This document shows positions 60,841 to 64,000 of a DNA stretch of 64,000 nt, in pieces; positions within the stretch are counted from its first letter, which is position 1; every line of letters starts with the position of its first letter. Under the pieces are notes generated by a model. That model did not search any database and was not told where the DNA came from. It was given only the letters and a program-made list of their open reading frames with translations. Source of the stretch: Leucoraja erinacea. Lineage: Eukaryota. The stretch is taken from positions 2,728,001-2,792,000 of the forward strand of contig NC_073406.1 in assembly GCF_028641065.1 (NCBI RefSeq), written 5' to 3'. The position numbers and the translations under genes were made by a program.

Positions 60841-61118
60841 ACATTTCTAATCCAACCGACCTATTTGCACTGAAAAAAAGTGTTTCTGAAGGTAGACAAC
60901 AGCGCTGGAGAAACTCAGCGGGTGCAGCAGCGTCTATGTGGAGCGAAGGAGAAACGTTGCCTATTTCCTATAGTGGAGATTGTTCAACGTAGGCAACATT
61001 TCGGGCCGAAACCCGAAGCAATGAATGGAAATTCTGATTAACACCTACTCTTAAAGGAGACATATTGAGAGGACATATATGCCGCAGCTGGTGAATTTGC
61101 TTTGTTAATCAGGTCGTA

Positions 61119-61554
61119 CAGTACCCTCCATAATGTTTGGGACAATCAATGACCCATCGTTTATTTATTTGCCTCTGTACTCCACAATTTGAGATTTGTA
61201 ATAGACAGAGAATAAACCCAGTAACTGGTGATGTCCATGAATCACAGACTTCAAGCAGTCATTGCATGCAAAGGATATGCAACAAAATACTAAACATGAC
61301 TACTTTATTTTACATTATATTGTTGTGCCCTAAACATTATTGTGCCTTGAAATGGGAGAGGGACCTGTGTATAAACACTGCTATAATTTCTTCATGGTGA
61401 AAAATGAAAATGTATAAAAATTGCCTTTATTAAAATCTGACAATGTACACTTTAACTACGTGATTTTTTTTTCTATTACAAATCTCAAATTGTGGAGTAC
61501 AGTGGCAAATAAATAAATGATGGGTCTTTGTCCCAAACATTATGGAGGGCACTG
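61119..61554 (+). mobile_element. Internally deleted, non-autonomous derivative of the Tc1 element at 16733
   Basis: Same termini (CAGTACCCTCCATAATGTTTGGGACA ... AACATTATGGAGGGCACTG) with TA on the left. It retains the transposase C-terminus (..IACKGYATKY*). Confidence 0.88.
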
Positions 61555-62140
61555 TGCTTTTGTTTTGCTAAATTGTCAGTTAAACCAAAGTGTAATGTTT
61601 TAGCTGAATCTCAAGAAGGGTCCCTGCCCGAAACGTTGTCTGTCTAGTTCCTGCACAGAAGCTGCCTGATCTGCTGAGTTCCTCCAGTACCTTGTATTTT
61701 GTTCGATTCTAGCATCTGCAGTCTCCAAATTAATATATATTCCAGACGTTGTCTCATTTCATAATAACAGATGCTTTTTCTCAGCTGTGGTTAACTTAAT
61801 TCATTGCTAACTGCACGCTGTTGAATCTCCATGTAATTATTGCTGTCTTTTTCTTTTAAAAATACACTTTATATGTTACAAATTTTATGCATAATACAGT
61901 GCATTCATAAATCTTCAATCGCAGTACCAGACAGAACATTCCATTTATGTACAAGGTTTACTTTACATTGGCATGGCATCATTTTTACATCATTCCCATG
62001 GCTAGACAGCTCAGGGGAGTTGCAAACTCTGAGTATGTAATGGTAGGAGGGCTTTAATGTGTTGGCTTTCTCTGCCTCGTGGCTGCACCAAACCTCTGTG
62101 CAGACTCGGCATATGTGCCTGTAGTTTTGAATGTGCTCCT

Positions 62141-62864
62141 CCGGGTGTGCCTGTGATGGCTGCTTCGCCAGCAGCTGGTTGTGTCTCTATCCTGTATATC
62201 TTTAATGTATGTTTCAATGTTTCTTGGCTAGTTTATGCGGGTGGAGGGTTGGGAGGGGGGGGAATAGGGGGAAACATTTTTCCAGTCACTTACCTGGACG
62301 GAGATGTCATTTTCTCTATTTCGCATCTCTGCCCCTACCTCCCCTGCGGCCTAAGAACTTGGATTGGTGCGGCCTTTCCTGGAGACCGGCCTGGAGCTTC
62401 AAGCCGTTGGCGCAGCGTGGACCTACCATCGCCGAGCCGGGGATCCTTTGCCGAGGGTCGCCAGAAAAAGCGCTCCGACCGCGGGGCCTGTGGACTTTAG
62501 CACCGTAAAGCCCGCGGTCTGCAGTAAGAAATGGTCGATTTAGGAGCTCCATGCTTCGTTGTTGCGATCCGTCCCGACGCCGGGTTTCGATCATCCCGAC
62601 GAGAAGGTCTGAACATCGGACTGTCGGTAGCAGCAAACTGCGGAGGGTTCAAGGCCCCGACCACGGTGAACTAAGAGGAAGATGACTGAACTTTATTGCC
62701 TTCCATCACAGTGAAGAATGTGGATTCCACTGTTGTGGATGTTTATGTAAAATTTTATTTTATGTGTGTATTGTGTTCTTTTCACTTACTATGGCTGTAT
62801 GGTAACTCAAATTTCACTGTATCTTAGTTGGTCAAGTGACAATAAACGCGAACTTGAACTTGAA
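62141..62864 (+). mobile_element. GC-rich ~720-bp non-autonomous retroposon with TGACAATAAA-(GAACTT)n tail
   Basis: Shares its architecture and 3' blocks with 23411-24191. Confidence 0.6.
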
Positions 62865-63769
62865 AACATTCAACCATGGACAGTTCCTTTTATTTGGGAA
62901 GCCCAACAAGTGAGTCATACATTGAATTTAAATTCTTCATGGTGCTCGGATATGACAGACTTGTCCAACTCCTGCTCACACCACATGGAACATCTAGCGA
63001 TGAGATGCTGCAAAATGTTAACCCTTCTACCTCCCAGAAGAATTCACTTCCACTGTCACAACAACATGCCACCCCAGTCAGATGTTAGGCTAGCATGCTG
63101 TGGTTAACAAACACCAGATGGCGTACCCTGATGCTTTCTCCATTTTATCTGTAGACATCAACATCGACCATGGAACAATACAGCACGGGAACAAGTGCTT
63201 CAGTCCACAATCTATGTGCTGAACATCATGCCATCTTAAACTAATATCCTCTTCCTGCACTGATGCATATTCCTTCAATCCCTGCGCATCCATGGGCCTA
63301 TCGAAAAGCCTCTTTAATGCCTCACTGTTGGCAGCTTGTTCCAGAAACCTAACACTCTCCGTTTTATCAAGAGCTGAAGATGAAGGCATCAGGTCCTGGG
63401 GAGCTGGCTATGTGCAGCACCAACGCTCTGCTCAGTGACATTTCCCTGATAATTATAATTTTCATGAATTCCCCCTTACCTTCCTATTCTTGACTTGCAG
63501 CTCCCTGTGGGATGCCATTTGTATCATCGTAGAAAACGCATGCCACCTGATTCGGGACAGTTTCTACCCAGTGTTAGCAGGCAACCAAATCACCCTACCA
63601 CAACCAGAGAGCAGTGCTGAACTACTATCTACATCTTTGATGACCCTCAGACTATCCTTGATCGGACTTTGCTGGCTTTACCGTGTATTAAACATTATTA
63701 CCTTATCCTGTATCCATATAAATATTTCGGAATGAAAATAGTTGGACGGATGTTTTGAACACCCTCAAA

Positions 63770-63899
63770 GTCTGAAGAATGGTCTCGACCCGAAACGTCG
63801 CTATTCCTTCTCTCCATAGATGCTGCCTCACCCGCTGAGTTCCTCCAGTATTTTTGTCTACCTTCGATTTTTCCAGCATCTGCAGCTCTTTCTTAAACA
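63770..63899 (+). mobile_element. Penelope-derived terminal repeat with hammerhead motif
   Basis: CTGAAGAATGGTCTCGACCCGAAACGTC at 63772-63799, followed by the full terminal repeat and tail ...CAGCATCTGCAGCTCTTTCTTAAACA. Confidence 0.7.
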
Positions 63900-64000
63900 T
63901 GATCTCGTAACCTTTTTGTTCAGCATGCCGCTGGGGGATGTACATATGCGGCTCAATATTGTTTGCAATTGTTAAAAGTTTCCATCGAAGATAGACACAA

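Noticed and set aside
60174-60842. 222-aa minus-strand ORF and poly-Q/poly-T/poly-C ORFs
   Set aside because: They arise from GC-rich, stop-poor sequence and a CAA/CAG microsatellite, with no recognisable domain.

Overview
Vertebrate genomic DNA, almost certainly a cartilaginous fish (skate/ray-like; inferred from HE1-type V-SINEs, CR1/HER1-type LINE tails and Penelope repeats). I reconstructed four spliced genes by hand: RIMKLA (+, exons 2-5; exon 1 not found, probably upstream of the window), ZMYND12 (-, 8 exons), PPCS (+, 3 exons) and an intron-rich UTP3/SAS10 (-, 16 coding exons). A CpG island near 60.4-60.85 kb may start a fifth gene. Introns are dense with retroelements and DNA transposons, and there is one 140-N gap. 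Main findings: (1) two TSD-flanked copies of a ~130-nt retroposon in PPCS intron 1 whose 5' end is a complete minimal HDV-like ribozyme starting exactly at the cleavage-site G1; (2) many Penelope-derived short repeats carrying minimal hammerhead motifs, often as fold-back insertions inverted at the ribozyme; (3) a ~21-bp minisatellite of about 22 RFX X-box-like motifs just upstream of the ciliary gene ZMYND12; (4) duplicated start-codon regions in PPCS and UTP3. All coordinates and RNA structures were read by eye and no searches were run. Ribozyme activity and novelty are untested.
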